In this document: one piece after another, positions 19,832 to 29,734 of the stretch
Layout: each line of letters begins with the position of its first letter
Position numbering within the stretch: the first letter of the stretch is position 1
Origin: an uncultured Muribaculaceae bacterium
Lineage (GTDB): Bacteria > Bacillota_I > Bacilli_A > RF39 > UBA660
Length of the DNA stretch: 55,246 nt
Reading direction: 5' to 3'
Assembly: GCA_964371745.1 (NCBI GenBank)
Contig: CAYJNS010000001.1
Span: 1-55,246 of the forward strand
Position numbers and translations under genes: made by a program
The notes under the pieces: generated by a model
What the model was told of the DNA's origin: nothing
The model's input: only the letters and a program-made list of their open reading frames with translations
Database searches by the model: none

Positions 19832-21007
19832 ATGAACAAAGTTTGGATATATAAAGTGAAAAAAGAAATAACAAAATATTTAGTTGATTATTTTGGTGAA
19901 GAATACAAAAGTAAAATAGTAAAAGTAATTGATAATTTTATATGGATTCCAATATATCAAAACTTAGAACTTATTAATTATATTGAAGTAAAAAAGTATA
20001 AAAATGAATATATAGATGAGGGATCATTTTTATATAAATACTATATTGATTTAAAAGATAAATATAATTCAGAAAAAGATATAAGTCATAAACTAAAAGA
20101 AAGTAATGATATAAAACTATTTAAAGAATATATAAATAGTATACTTAAATTTTTAATTGAAGAAGATAAAGAAGTGATACTTAATACTACTTTTGAAAAT
20201 ATAGATTTTTCTAAATTAAAAGGCTATAATATATTTTTTGGTAAAGATATGGACGAAACATATATTTTATTAGAAAATAATAAATCATTTAGCCAAATTA
20301 AAAATAAATATATTAAAAATAATATGCAACAATATCTTCATTTTTTAGATATTACATCTTTTAAAGAAGTTTGTTTTCATTTAGGTAAAAGTTTAAAAAA
20401 AAATGATTTAGAAGAAATTTTTGAAAAGATTATGTATTATTATCAAGAAAATACTACATATGATAATATATCTTTTATTAAAAAAGATAATACGACTATA
20501 CTTTTATACAATCCATTTAATTCCACTCATTCAATTCAAAGTTCAGTAATATCCACTATTATTAATGAAGTGTTTTTTAAAACTTTATATAATGAGAATA
20601 ATAAAGTTGGTTACATAAAAACATTAGTTTCTAATGCATATGCAACTGAAATATTAGAAAAAATGTATGAAGATAATTTTATAATTATAGATAAAGAAGA
20701 TTTTGCCGAAGATAAACTTAAAAATAGTTTATTAGTTAACTCTAAATATATTAAAGAAGTTTTAGATATAGATAAGGATTATTTTATCAAGATGATTATG
20801 GAGTATTCGAATGGGGAAAATAATAGTTATAGTGATTTGAATTTTTATTTATATATTTTTGGCGATGAAGGAATGGATTATTTATTTGATTTAGTAGATG
20901 TAATAAGAAATCCTTATTGTACTAGAGACATTAAATTATCTCAACTAACTAAAACTGTAGAAAAAGTAAAAATACGCGTAAATGAATTAAATCATGAAAA
21001 AATATAA
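19832..21007 (+). CDS. Hypothetical cytoplasmic protein (391 aa, no family recognised)
   Basis: Long ORF with GGAGG RBS and typical codon usage. No TM segment or signal peptide and no recognisable motifs. Confidence 0.6.
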   Translation: MNKVWIYKVKKEITKYLVDYFGEEYKSKIVKVIDNFIWIPIYQNLELINYIEVKKYKNEYIDEGSFLYKYYIDLKDKYNSEKDISHKLKESNDIKLFKEYINSILKFLIEEDKEVILNTTFENIDFSKLKGYNIFFGKDMDETYILLENNKSFSQIKNKYIKNNMQQYLHFLDITSFKEVCFHLGKSLKKNDLEEIFEKIMYYYQENTTYDNISFIKKDNTTILLYNPFNSTHSIQSSVISTIINEVFFKTLYNENNKVGYIKTLVSNAYATEILEKMYEDNFIIIDKEDFAEDKLKNSLLVNSKYIKEVLDIDKDYFIKMIMEYSNGENNSYSDLNFYLYIFGDEGMDYLFDLVDVIRNPYCTRDIKLSQLTKTVEKVKIRVNELNHEKI

Positions 21008-21103
21008 CAAGATTATATTTTTTTTGTTATTTTACATTAATTATATATATTATTATTAAGTTTTTATTAAAAATGATGTATAATGGTTATAGTGGTGAAA
21101 TAA

Positions 21104-22108
21104 ATGAAGAAAAAAAGAAAATTAAAAATAATACCTTTATTAACTATTTTAGGTATAATAGGTGCAGCTGCATATTTAACTATAACAGAGTTAAATGCTC
21201 AAAAAGCTTTAGAAGCAGAATATGCTGAGGCAGAAAAGTTAAGGATTTTGGAAGAAGAAAGATTAGAAAATGTAAATAATTGTCTAATTGATACAGCAAG
21301 TGGATTTAACCCAACAAGTGAATATAATATAGGTGTTACTAACTTAACTAATAGTGCAGGTACGTATTCAGTTATATATAAAGAGTTAGTAGATGATAAT
21401 TTAATACTTGGAACTAATTTAGAGCATCTATTTTATGGTGAAAGTACTGTAAAATTACCTTTTGCTATATATATATATGAGCTTGCTAAAAGTGATCCAA
21501 GTATATTAACAAAAGAGTTATATTTTAAAGAATCTAACAGAGTTGGTGGCTCAGGTATTATGCAAAATATGGATTTATCTAGAAGCTTTAGTGTTAAAGA
21601 ATTAGTTAAATATATGGTTGAAGAAAGTGATAATATAGCGTTTTATATGCTCCTTGATGAGTTTCCAAAAGTTGGTGCTCAAGAATTTTGGGAAGGAAAA
21701 GGCGCTTACTCTACATTTGATGGAACAGATAAATTTGGCCATTTAAAAGCTAATGATGCTTTGATATATATGCAGTATGCTTATAATTTAATTAAAGGTG
21801 AAGATTCTTTTTATGATGAACTTTTAACTAATATGATAAACGCTAATAAGTCGTGTGTTAATTGTTATTTTAATGATAGTATAAGTACTGATATGTATTT
21901 TAAATATGGAGGTCCAACATCTGCATATCATGAACTAGCAATAGTAAATGATGAAAAGCCATATATATTAATAGTTTTAACCGAAATTGCAAATACTAAT
22001 TATGCATCAGTATTACCAAGTATAAGTTTAGAAGTAAGTAAGTTACATGATATGTACTGGGATGAAAAAAATGAGTTTTGTGAAAATAAATTTCCTAAGA
22101 AAGGATAG
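21104..22108 (+). CDS. Membrane-anchored serine hydrolase, class A beta-lactamase-like fold
   Basis: N-terminal TM helix. S-x-x-K (ESTVK), SDN (EESDNIAFY), and KYG in place of KTG near the C-terminus. Confidence 0.55.
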   Translation: MKKKRKLKIIPLLTILGIIGAAAYLTITELNAQKALEAEYAEAEKLRILEEERLENVNNCLIDTASGFNPTSEYNIGVTNLTNSAGTYSVIYKELVDDNLILGTNLEHLFYGESTVKLPFAIYIYELAKSDPSILTKELYFKESNRVGGSGIMQNMDLSRSFSVKELVKYMVEESDNIAFYMLLDEFPKVGAQEFWEGKGAYSTFDGTDKFGHLKANDALIYMQYAYNLIKGEDSFYDELLTNMINANKSCVNCYFNDSISTDMYFKYGGPTSAYHELAIVNDEKPYILIVLTEIANTNYASVLPSISLEVSKLHDMYWDEKNEFCENKFPKKG

Positions 22109-22110
22109 TA

Positions 22111-23751
22111 ATGAAAAATAAGATAAAAAAGTATATTAAAAAAGTAGTTAAATGGGATGAAAATATGGAAGTGGGTTCATTTGATGAAAAAAAGTTTCCT
22201 AAATCTTTGAAAGAATATTGTAAAGAAAATCCAGAAATTTTATCTGAACATAGAAGTATTGGAAAAAGATATGATAGAAAAGAGTTTTCTCCTGAAATAA
22301 AAAAAATAGGTGAAGCTTTTGACTTTTTTTCTAAAGATGTACATGCTTTTGCTGATAAAAGTGTAAAAAGCAGAACAGAATATGATAATTTTCAAAGCGG
22401 TACACCAATTGATTTTTACCCATTTCCCCCAGCGCTTGCTGCTGTAAAAAAAGGATTAAATAGTAAAAAGTTATATATGTATCCAACTGGTACTGGTAAT
22501 GCAAGAAGTAAAAAGAAATTTTTAGAATATTTACTGCGTGAAGGATTTAAAAAAGAAAAAAGTGATAACTATGATGGAGTAAGCATAGATAATATAGCTT
22601 TTACAGCATCAATCAGTTTAGCTTACTCTATGATTATAAAACTAATAGCAAGACCGGAAGATGTTATTATTTTAACTGGACCTAATTATGGCCTTTTTGC
22701 TATTGAAGCAGATAGATATGATGCAAGAGTAGAAATTTCACCTTTAAAAGAAGAAGATAATTGGTATGTTAATAGCAAAGACTTAGCAAAAAAAATAGAT
22801 GATGTAAATAAATCATTAAAGAAAAAGTTTTCGGGTAAACTTGATTATACACCTAAAGTAGTTGCTTTTTTAAATATGAATCCTCATAATCCAATAGCTA
22901 CAGTTATGAACAAAAAAAATGAAGAGTTATTAAATGCAATAGGTGATGTATGTCTAGATAAAGGTGTATTTGTAATAGATGATTTAATATATAGGGATTT
23001 AGGATATGATAGAGAGGCTTTAGCTCTTCCTATGGCAATGAATCCAAAATATTTTAATAATACTATTTCTTTGTTTGGAATATCTAAATCTTTTGGTTTA
23101 GCATCACTTAGGTCTGGCGTGATTGTTGCACCAATACCTTTAATTAGAAAGTTTAGTGATGTGACATTTCAAACAATACTTTCGATGCCAACACCACAAG
23201 TTGATGCATGCATAGGTGCATTTAATGGAAGTAATTCAAGATATAAAGCTTACAAAAAATATATGGATAAATTAATACCACTTTATAAATACCAATATTA
23301 TTTATTTAGAGTGTTATTAAATGGACTAGATGACTTAGATAATTTAGTTAATGAAGGTTATAAAAAAAGAGATGTTAAGTATTTAAAAAGTATTATAAAA
23401 AGCGATATTATAATAAATATCCCTAATAATAAAATTAAAAATAAAGAAAAGTATTTAAAAGGTATACCGAATGTTGACATAAGAAAAAAAACAGATCCGG
23501 TTTCAGGTTTTTTTGCTGTACTTGATTTTACAAAATTAAAAGGTATGAAAAATAATGATATTGTTATTAACTCTGATAAAGATTTATTAAAATATTTATA
23601 TATAAAAGGAAAGGTTCAGTTTATTATGGGTAGTAGTATCTCTTGGCCTTATGAAGATGAAATAATAGCTAGAATCAGTTTTTCATTAAGTTTAAAAGCA
23701 TTAGTTGAAGTAATGTGTATTATAAACGATGCTGTAAGGGAATTAAAATGA
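22111..23751 (+). CDS. PLP-dependent aminotransferase class I/II (long form, 546 aa)
   Basis: NMNPHNPIATV, VFVIDDLIYRDL, and SKSFGLASLRSG (PLP lysine motif). Starts 2 nt after the upstream stop. Confidence 0.75.
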   Translation: MKNKIKKYIKKVVKWDENMEVGSFDEKKFPKSLKEYCKENPEILSEHRSIGKRYDRKEFSPEIKKIGEAFDFFSKDVHAFADKSVKSRTEYDNFQSGTPIDFYPFPPALAAVKKGLNSKKLYMYPTGTGNARSKKKFLEYLLREGFKKEKSDNYDGVSIDNIAFTASISLAYSMIIKLIARPEDVIILTGPNYGLFAIEADRYDARVEISPLKEEDNWYVNSKDLAKKIDDVNKSLKKKFSGKLDYTPKVVAFLNMNPHNPIATVMNKKNEELLNAIGDVCLDKGVFVIDDLIYRDLGYDREALALPMAMNPKYFNNTISLFGISKSFGLASLRSGVIVAPIPLIRKFSDVTFQTILSMPTPQVDACIGAFNGSNSRYKAYKKYMDKLIPLYKYQYYLFRVLLNGLDDLDNLVNEGYKKRDVKYLKSIIKSDIIINIPNNKIKNKEKYLKGIPNVDIRKKTDPVSGFFAVLDFTKLKGMKNNDIVINSDKDLLKYLYIKGKVQFIMGSSISWPYEDEIIARISFSLSLKALVEVMCIINDAVRELK

Positions 23752-24638
23752 GTACATTTAGTAAGCTTAAAAAAGCAAAATTTATTATGCATGGTAAATA
23801 TTTTGATCTGATCAATAAAAATAAATATACAAAAAAAGTTGCTTTAATAACTAGTAAAAAATATAAAAATAAACTTTATGAAGATTTATATGTTAAAAAA
23901 GCACTTAATAAAGAACACATTTTATGTGATATTTTAGCATATGAAGATAATTTATCTTTAGAAAAGTATGATTTAGTGATAATAAGAACTATATGGGGTT
24001 ATCAAAATAATCTAACTAAATTTTATAAATTCTTGGATATGCTAAGAGATAATGATATTAAAGTATATAATGATATTAATATTATTAGAGATAATGTTAA
24101 TAAAGAACTTCAATATAATTTATTTTTAGAAAATAATATTAAAACAATGGGAAGTACATTTTATAATGATGTAAGAGAAATAAAAATGAATGGGAGATTT
24201 GTTGTAAAACCAGTTATATCAGCAAGTGGTAATAATACCTATTTATGTAATAATACATGTAATCATGATATTAAAGGTAGAGTCATGGTTCAAAAATATT
24301 TCGATGCAATAAAAAATGGGGAGTATTCTTTAATATATTTTAATAATAAATTTAGCTATGCTATCAAAAGATATCCTGGTATAATTTTTAACAAAAAAAG
24401 TTTAGAATACATTGATAATATTGATGAAGATTTACTTATCTTTGGTAATAATATATCTAAGCTTTATCCAAATAATTTATTTTTAAGAATTGATATAATA
24501 GATGATGATAAAAATTATTTGGTACTTGAAACTGAAGCAGTTGATCCAAGTTTCTTCCTTGACTCTATTAAAGATAAAACCATATTAAATGAAAAACTAA
24601 CTGAATACGTTACAGCAATTAAAAATAAAATGGAGTAA
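23748..24638 (+). CDS. ATP-grasp domain protein (RimK/GshB-like)
   Basis: FVVKPVISASGNNTY, VMVQKYFDAIKNGEYSLIYFNNKFSYAIKR, and LFLRIDIIDDDKNYLVLETEAVDPSFFL. ATG 23748 forms an ATGA overlap with the aminotransferase stop. Confidence 0.7.
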   Translation: MSTFSKLKKAKFIMHGKYFDLINKNKYTKKVALITSKKYKNKLYEDLYVKKALNKEHILCDILAYEDNLSLEKYDLVIIRTIWGYQNNLTKFYKFLDMLRDNDIKVYNDINIIRDNVNKELQYNLFLENNIKTMGSTFYNDVREIKMNGRFVVKPVISASGNNTYLCNNTCNHDIKGRVMVQKYFDAIKNGEYSLIYFNNKFSYAIKRYPGIIFNKKSLEYIDNIDEDLLIFGNNISKLYPNNLFLRIDIIDDDKNYLVLETEAVDPSFFLDSIKDKTILNEKLTEYVTAIKNKME

Positions 24639-24640
24639 CA

Positions 24641-25138
24641 ATGAGAATATCTTTAAAAATTATTAAATATATTATGTTTGCGGTTATGCTGTTTATTTTA
24701 GCTATTGCTATATATTTATTTTATCAAAAACAAACAAATCCTCATGAAATGACTAAAGTATTTGGATATAGTTATGCAACTATATCAACTGATAGTATGG
24801 AGCCTACTATTATGATTGGTGACTTTTTAGTATATAAAAAAGAAAAAATATATTCCATAAATGATATAGTAGTATATATGCATGGTGATATTTCTATTAC
24901 TCATAGAATTGTGGGTATAGAAAATGATTTATATATAACAAAAGGCGATAATAACGATATAGTAGATGAAGTATCTTTAGATAATAGTGATATTATAGGA
25001 AAAGTAATTTATCAAAACAGTGATTTAAGTATATTACTTGTTAGAGCTATTTCCCTATGTGTATTTATATTTGGAATTGTAATTGCGCTTGATATATTAG
25101 TTTCTAAAAAAGTAACAAATGATAAAAAAAGTATCTAA
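24641..25138 (+). CDS. sipW: Signal peptidase I, archaeal/ER (SipW) type
   Basis: FGYSYATISTDSMEPTIMIGDF (Ser), ITHRIV (His), TKGDNNDIVD, GKV, plus N- and C-terminal TM helices. Colinear with B. subtilis SipW as I recall it. Confidence 0.8.
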   Translation: MRISLKIIKYIMFAVMLFILAIAIYLFYQKQTNPHEMTKVFGYSYATISTDSMEPTIMIGDFLVYKKEKIYSINDIVVYMHGDISITHRIVGIENDLYITKGDNNDIVDEVSLDNSDIIGKVIYQNSDLSILLVRAISLCVFIFGIVIALDILVSKKVTNDKKSI

Positions 25139-25160
25139 TTTTCAATAAGATACTTTTTTT
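25126..25160 (+). terminator. Intrinsic terminator after sipW
   Basis: aaaaagtatct...agatacttttt stem overlapping the stop, then T-run. Confidence 0.65.
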
Positions 25161-25188
25161 ATGAATTATTAAAGACTAATATTTTTAT

Positions 25189-25218
25189 TTGTAATAAGAC
25201 TACTTGTTATGATATAAT
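25189..25218 (+). promoter_or_regulatory. Candidate rplI-dnaB promoter (TTGTAA-18-TGaTATAAT)
   Basis: Hexamers and extended -10 were read directly, about 28 nt upstream of the rplI start. Confidence 0.55.
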
Positions 25219-25245
25219 ATTAACACACTTAAGGAGGTAATAATT

Positions 25246-25686
25246 TTGAAAGTTATATTACTTAAAGATGTTAAGGGACAAGGGAAAAAAGACCAAATAA
25301 TAGATGTTAGTGATGGATATGCAAATAATTTTTTAATTAAAAATAAATTTGCTGTGCCATATTCTAAAACTGGTGTTAAAAAACTAGAAAATGAGTTAGA
25401 TGATAGAGCTAAAAAAGAAGAAAAATTAGTTGAAGAGTTAACTTTAATAAAAAATAAACTTAATAATAAAGAAATTAAATTTAAAGTAGCTGTAGGAAAA
25501 GATGATAAAGTCTTTGGGACAGTTTCAAATAAGCAAATAAATGAAAGTATACATAAATTAGGATTTAAAATAGATAAAAAATGTATTCAAACTAACCATG
25601 ATTTAAACACACTAGGAGTACATTTAGTAGATGTTAAACTACATAATAAAGTTAGTTTTAAAATAAAAATAGTATTAGAAAAGTAG
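25246..25686 (+). CDS. rplI: 50S ribosomal protein L9 (TTG start)
   Basis: KVILLKDVKGQGKKDQIIDVSDGYANNFL matches L9; AAGGAGG RBS. Confidence 0.95.
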   Translation: MKVILLKDVKGQGKKDQIIDVSDGYANNFLIKNKFAVPYSKTGVKKLENELDDRAKKEEKLVEELTLIKNKLNNKEIKFKVAVGKDDKVFGTVSNKQINESIHKLGFKIDKKCIQTNHDLNTLGVHLVDVKLHNKVSFKIKIVLEK

Positions 25687-25694
25687 GTGTAAGC

Positions 25695-27023
25695 ATGTCA
25701 AAAAAGATGCCTTTTAGTTTAGATGCAGAGCAAAGTGTATTAGGTGTTGCATTTTTAAATAGTTATGAAATTGATAGAATCTGTGAAGAAATGAACGTTG
25801 ATATGTTTTTTGATCCAAGAAACAAATTAATATATAACGCTATATGTGAACTTAATAGAAATAAAACTCCGTTAGATATTACAACTATTAAGTATGAACT
25901 TGAAAAAGTTAATGTTCTTGATAAAGTTGGTTTAGATTATTTAGTTGAAGTAATAGATTCAGTTATTACAAGTTCTAATATAGAACATTATATGAATATA
26001 GTTAAGTCAAATGCTATAAGAAGAAATTTAATTGAAAGTGCAGCATCGATAGCAGAAGAAGCGTATGTAGAAGATGATTTAAATACACTTTTAGATAATT
26101 CTGAAAAAGTAATTACTAATGTAGCTAAAGCAAGAAGTGTTGGTGATTTTTTACCAATAAGACATGTATTAAAAGATGCTCAGGAAAAGTTAGAAGAAAG
26201 GTCAAAAAATAAAAATTTAATCACTGGACTTGAAACAGGTTTTTATGATTTTGATAAAGTTACAACTGGCTTTCAAGGTGGGGAATTTATAATACTTGCT
26301 GCAAGACCAGGGATTGGTAAAACATCTTTATCACTTAATATGGCAACATATGCAGCATCAACTACAGAAAAAGCTATAGCAATATTTAACTTAGAAATGC
26401 CAGCAGAAATGTTAGTTAACAGAATGATATCATCTATTGGACAAATAGATTCATATAAGTTATCAACAGGTAATATGCATGAAAATGATTGGAAAAGATA
26501 CAATGAAGCAATAATGCAGTTAGGTGAAACTAATATCTATATTGAAGATAATGCAGGTATTACATCGCCGGAAATAAGAGCTAAGTGTAGAAGGCTTGCT
26601 AATTCTGAAAAAGGCTTAGGATTTGTTCTAATAGATTACTTACAGCTAGTTTCAACTGGTAATAAAAGAATCGAATCAAGACAAGTAGAGGTTTCTGAAA
26701 TATCTCGTAGTTTAAAAACTATGGCACTTGAATTAAATGTACCAGTTTTAGCACTTGCGCAGTTATCAAGAAATGCAGAAAGAAGAGAAAATAATAAACC
26801 AATGCTTGCAGATCTTCGTGAATCAGGTTCTTTAGAGCAAGACGCAGATATGGTACTGTTTATAAATAAAGATACTGAGACAGAAGAAACAGAAAATATA
26901 ATACCAGCGGAACTACAAATTGCAAAACACAGAAAAGGTAATACTGCAGGTATAAAATTATTGTTTGAAAAAAATACTACTACATTTAAAAATGTTTTAA
27001 ATGCTGGGAAAGGTGAAAATTAA
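25695..27023 (+). CDS. dnaB: Replicative DNA helicase (DnaB family; DnaC in B. subtilis naming)
   Basis: P.S.DAEQSVLG, ARPGIGKTS Walker A, IDYLQL, ALAQLSR, and LRESGSLEQDAD. Confidence 0.95.
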   Translation: MSKKMPFSLDAEQSVLGVAFLNSYEIDRICEEMNVDMFFDPRNKLIYNAICELNRNKTPLDITTIKYELEKVNVLDKVGLDYLVEVIDSVITSSNIEHYMNIVKSNAIRRNLIESAASIAEEAYVEDDLNTLLDNSEKVITNVAKARSVGDFLPIRHVLKDAQEKLEERSKNKNLITGLETGFYDFDKVTTGFQGGEFIILAARPGIGKTSLSLNMATYAASTTEKAIAIFNLEMPAEMLVNRMISSIGQIDSYKLSTGNMHENDWKRYNEAIMQLGETNIYIEDNAGITSPEIRAKCRRLANSEKGLGFVLIDYLQLVSTGNKRIESRQVEVSEISRSLKTMALELNVPVLALAQLSRNAERRENNKPMLADLRESGSLEQDADMVLFINKDTETEETENIIPAELQIAKHRKGNTAGIKLLFEKNTTTFKNVLNAGKGEN

Positions 27024-28537
27024 TGAAAGTTAAAAGTTATTTAGTAATATTTGCATTATTCTCTTTAATAATATTTTTATATGTTTTTGATACTAATAAA
27101 GTAAAAGTAGAAGAAGCACAAAGTCTTTATAAAGTATATTTAAAAGGTGCGGAAATAGGTTTAATTGAAAATGAAGAAGAAATATATGAACTTATTAATA
27201 ATTCGCAACAAGAAATTAAAGATGAATATAATGTAGATCATGTGTACCCTCCAGCATTTTTTGACATTTTAGAGGTTAATACTTATGATGAAAATATAAG
27301 TGATATTAACGATATTTATTCTAAAATAGAAGAATCTGATGATTTTACAATAAAGGGATATGAAATAACTATTCAAATTCCTATTGAAGATAGAGAAAAT
27401 ATAACAATAAATGTACTTGATAAACAAATTTTTGATGACGCAATATTAAAATTTATTTCAGCTTTTATAGATATGGAAGACTATAATAATTTTATTAATG
27501 ATACACAGGAAGAAATAGTTGATGAAGGTACAATTATTGAAAATATGTACTTTGCAGAAAATATAACTATAAAAGAAAGTTATATAAGTGTAAATGATAA
27601 AATTTATACAAATGTAGATGAGTTAACACAGATGTTAATATTTGGTTCAGATGCTGTTATGGATAGTTATGAAGTAAAAGCTGGAGATACTATTTTTTCA
27701 ATCGCAGATGCTAATAAATTAAATACTCAAGAGTTTTTAATAGCTAATCCAGATTATAGAGATCCAGATACTTTATTAGTTATTGGAGAAGAAGTAAATG
27801 TAACTCTTTTAAATCCAACAATTAATTTTGTTTATGAAGTTAATAGTATTCAAGAAGAAGAAATAGACTTTGTTAACACAACTATATATGATAATACAAA
27901 ATCATCTGGATATTCCGAAATTACTCAAATGGGAGTTACTGGTATAGAAAGATTATCGGAGCAATATAGGGTTACAAATGGACTTCCATCACAAGAAGTT
28001 ACCATCACTCCTTTAGAAGTGATACGCGAAGCTGTTAATCAAATAACAGTAAGTGGACCAGTAAATTATGGTGGCGGAACATCGTTTGGTACATTCATTG
28101 AAACAGGACTTACATTTGTCCCAGCTGTTACATCAGGGAACAGAATTACTTCACCATTTGGAGTATACCGTTCTGGAGACAGACATACTGGAACAGATTA
28201 CTCAGGGTCAGGTGAAGGATCAGCCATATATGCTATTGCAGATGGAGTGGTAACTCAAGCAGCTAATGCATGTTCAAACTGTTCAAGGTGGTCTAGTGGT
28301 ACACATGTTGTTATATCGCATGGTAATAATTTTTATTCAAGTTATTTACATATGGTATCAGGTTCTTTAAAAGTAAAAGTTGGAGATGTTGTTAAAGCAG
28401 GAGAAAGAATTGGTGGAATGGGTGATACAGGTTGGTCAACAGGAACTCACCTTCACTTAGGTTTTTCAGTAGGTGAGCCATATGTTGGAGCACAAGTTAC
28501 GTACTATGATCCACATCAGCTTATATATGGTAGATAA
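27023..28537 (+). CDS. Membrane-anchored LysM + G5-like + M23 family peptidoglycan endopeptidase
   Basis: N-terminal TM. LysM (YEVKAGDTIFSIADANKL), a G5-like segment, and M23 motifs HTGTDY...ISHGNNFYSSYLHM...GDTGWSTGTHLHLG. Confidence 0.85.
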   Translation: MKVKSYLVIFALFSLIIFLYVFDTNKVKVEEAQSLYKVYLKGAEIGLIENEEEIYELINNSQQEIKDEYNVDHVYPPAFFDILEVNTYDENISDINDIYSKIEESDDFTIKGYEITIQIPIEDRENITINVLDKQIFDDAILKFISAFIDMEDYNNFINDTQEEIVDEGTIIENMYFAENITIKESYISVNDKIYTNVDELTQMLIFGSDAVMDSYEVKAGDTIFSIADANKLNTQEFLIANPDYRDPDTLLVIGEEVNVTLLNPTINFVYEVNSIQEEEIDFVNTTIYDNTKSSGYSEITQMGVTGIERLSEQYRVTNGLPSQEVTITPLEVIREAVNQITVSGPVNYGGGTSFGTFIETGLTFVPAVTSGNRITSPFGVYRSGDRHTGTDYSGSGEGSAIYAIADGVVTQAANACSNCSRWSSGTHVVISHGNNFYSSYLHMVSGSLKVKVGDVVKAGERIGGMGDTGWSTGTHLHLGFSVGEPYVGAQVTYYDPHQLIYGR

Positions 28538-29304
28538 TGAAGATAGTAGTACTTGCATCAGGTTCTGATGGAAATAGTGTTTATATAGAAATAGGTAATA
28601 CTAAAATGCTTTTTGATGTAGGAAGGAGCTATAAATATATAGCTTCTTCTTTAGAAAAAATAAATGTAGAACCTAATCAAATAGATTATATATTTATTAC
28701 TCATGATCATAAAGACCATGTATCAGCATTAAAAACATTTTTAAAAAGAAATAGTGCAACACTTTGTATAACTCAAAAAGTATTTTATGAACTTCATGAT
28801 ATTAAAGATATAGAAACTATTAAAATATATGAAAAAGAAATAGAATTAAATAACATAGTAGTTAAAGCAATTAACTCTTCGCATGATGCTGAAGGTTCAC
28901 TTAATTTTGTTATTAGTTATAATGATAAAAAGCTTTCGCTTATAACTGATACGGGGTATATTAAACAAGTAAACTTTAAACATTTTTATAATTCGAATAT
29001 ATTTTTAATGGAAAGTAATCATGATATAGAAATGTTAGATAAATCACATTATCCACATTATTTAAAAAAAAGAATATTATCTGATGTAGGGCATTTATCT
29101 AATATACAAGCTGGTTTTTACTTATCGAAATTAATTGGACCTAATACTAAAAAAATTATGTTAATACATTTAAGTGATAACTCTAATACTCCGGAAAAAG
29201 CTTTGGAAACTGTTTATGAAAAACTTTTTGAAAATGATATAAAATTTTCTAATATATTAGTTGCAAAACCAGATGAAATAAGTGAGGTAATTAAAATTGA
29301 TTAA
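28537..29304 (+). CDS. MBL-fold metallo-hydrolase (YycJ/WalJ-like)
   Basis: LASGSDGNS, ITHDHKDH, and ESNHD...GHLSN. Confidence 0.8.
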   Translation: MKIVVLASGSDGNSVYIEIGNTKMLFDVGRSYKYIASSLEKINVEPNQIDYIFITHDHKDHVSALKTFLKRNSATLCITQKVFYELHDIKDIETIKIYEKEIELNNIVVKAINSSHDAEGSLNFVISYNDKKLSLITDTGYIKQVNFKHFYNSNIFLMESNHDIEMLDKSHYPHYLKKRILSDVGHLSNIQAGFYLSKLIGPNTKKIMLIHLSDNSNTPEKALETVYEKLFENDIKFSNILVAKPDEISEVIKID

Positions 29305-29734
29305 AATAATATGTTTTGGCAAAATAAAAGAAACTTATTTAAATGATTTAATAAATGATTATTATAAAAGAATTAATAAATATCACAAATTAGAAATAAT
29401 AGAAATAAGTGATGAAGATTCTTTAAAAAAGGAAACACTTTTATTAGAAAAAATATTTAAACAAAGTGATTATAATATTGTTTTAGATATTAAAGGGAAT
29501 AAATATACTAGTGAAGCTTTTGCAAATAAAATAAATAATATATTTAATCATAATTCTAATATTACATTTATTATAGGTAGTTCTTTAGGAATAGATCAAT
29601 CTATTAAAAATAAATCTAATGAACTTATATCATTTTCTGATAATACATTTCCTCATGGTCTTTTTAGAGGTATTCTTTTAGAACAAATATATAGATCATT
29701 TAAAATATTAAATAATGAGGCTTATCACAAATGA
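29297..29734 (+). CDS. rlmH: 23S rRNA (pseudouridine1915-N3)-methyltransferase RlmH (TTG start)
   Basis: SPOUT pattern I.CFGKIK...Y..RI........IGSSLG......S.S..TFPH...R..L.EQIYR. Confidence 0.85.
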   Translation: MIKIICFGKIKETYLNDLINDYYKRINKYHKLEIIEISDEDSLKKETLLLEKIFKQSDYNIVLDIKGNKYTSEAFANKINNIFNHNSNITFIIGSSLGIDQSIKNKSNELISFSDNTFPHGLFRGILLEQIYRSFKILNNEAYHK

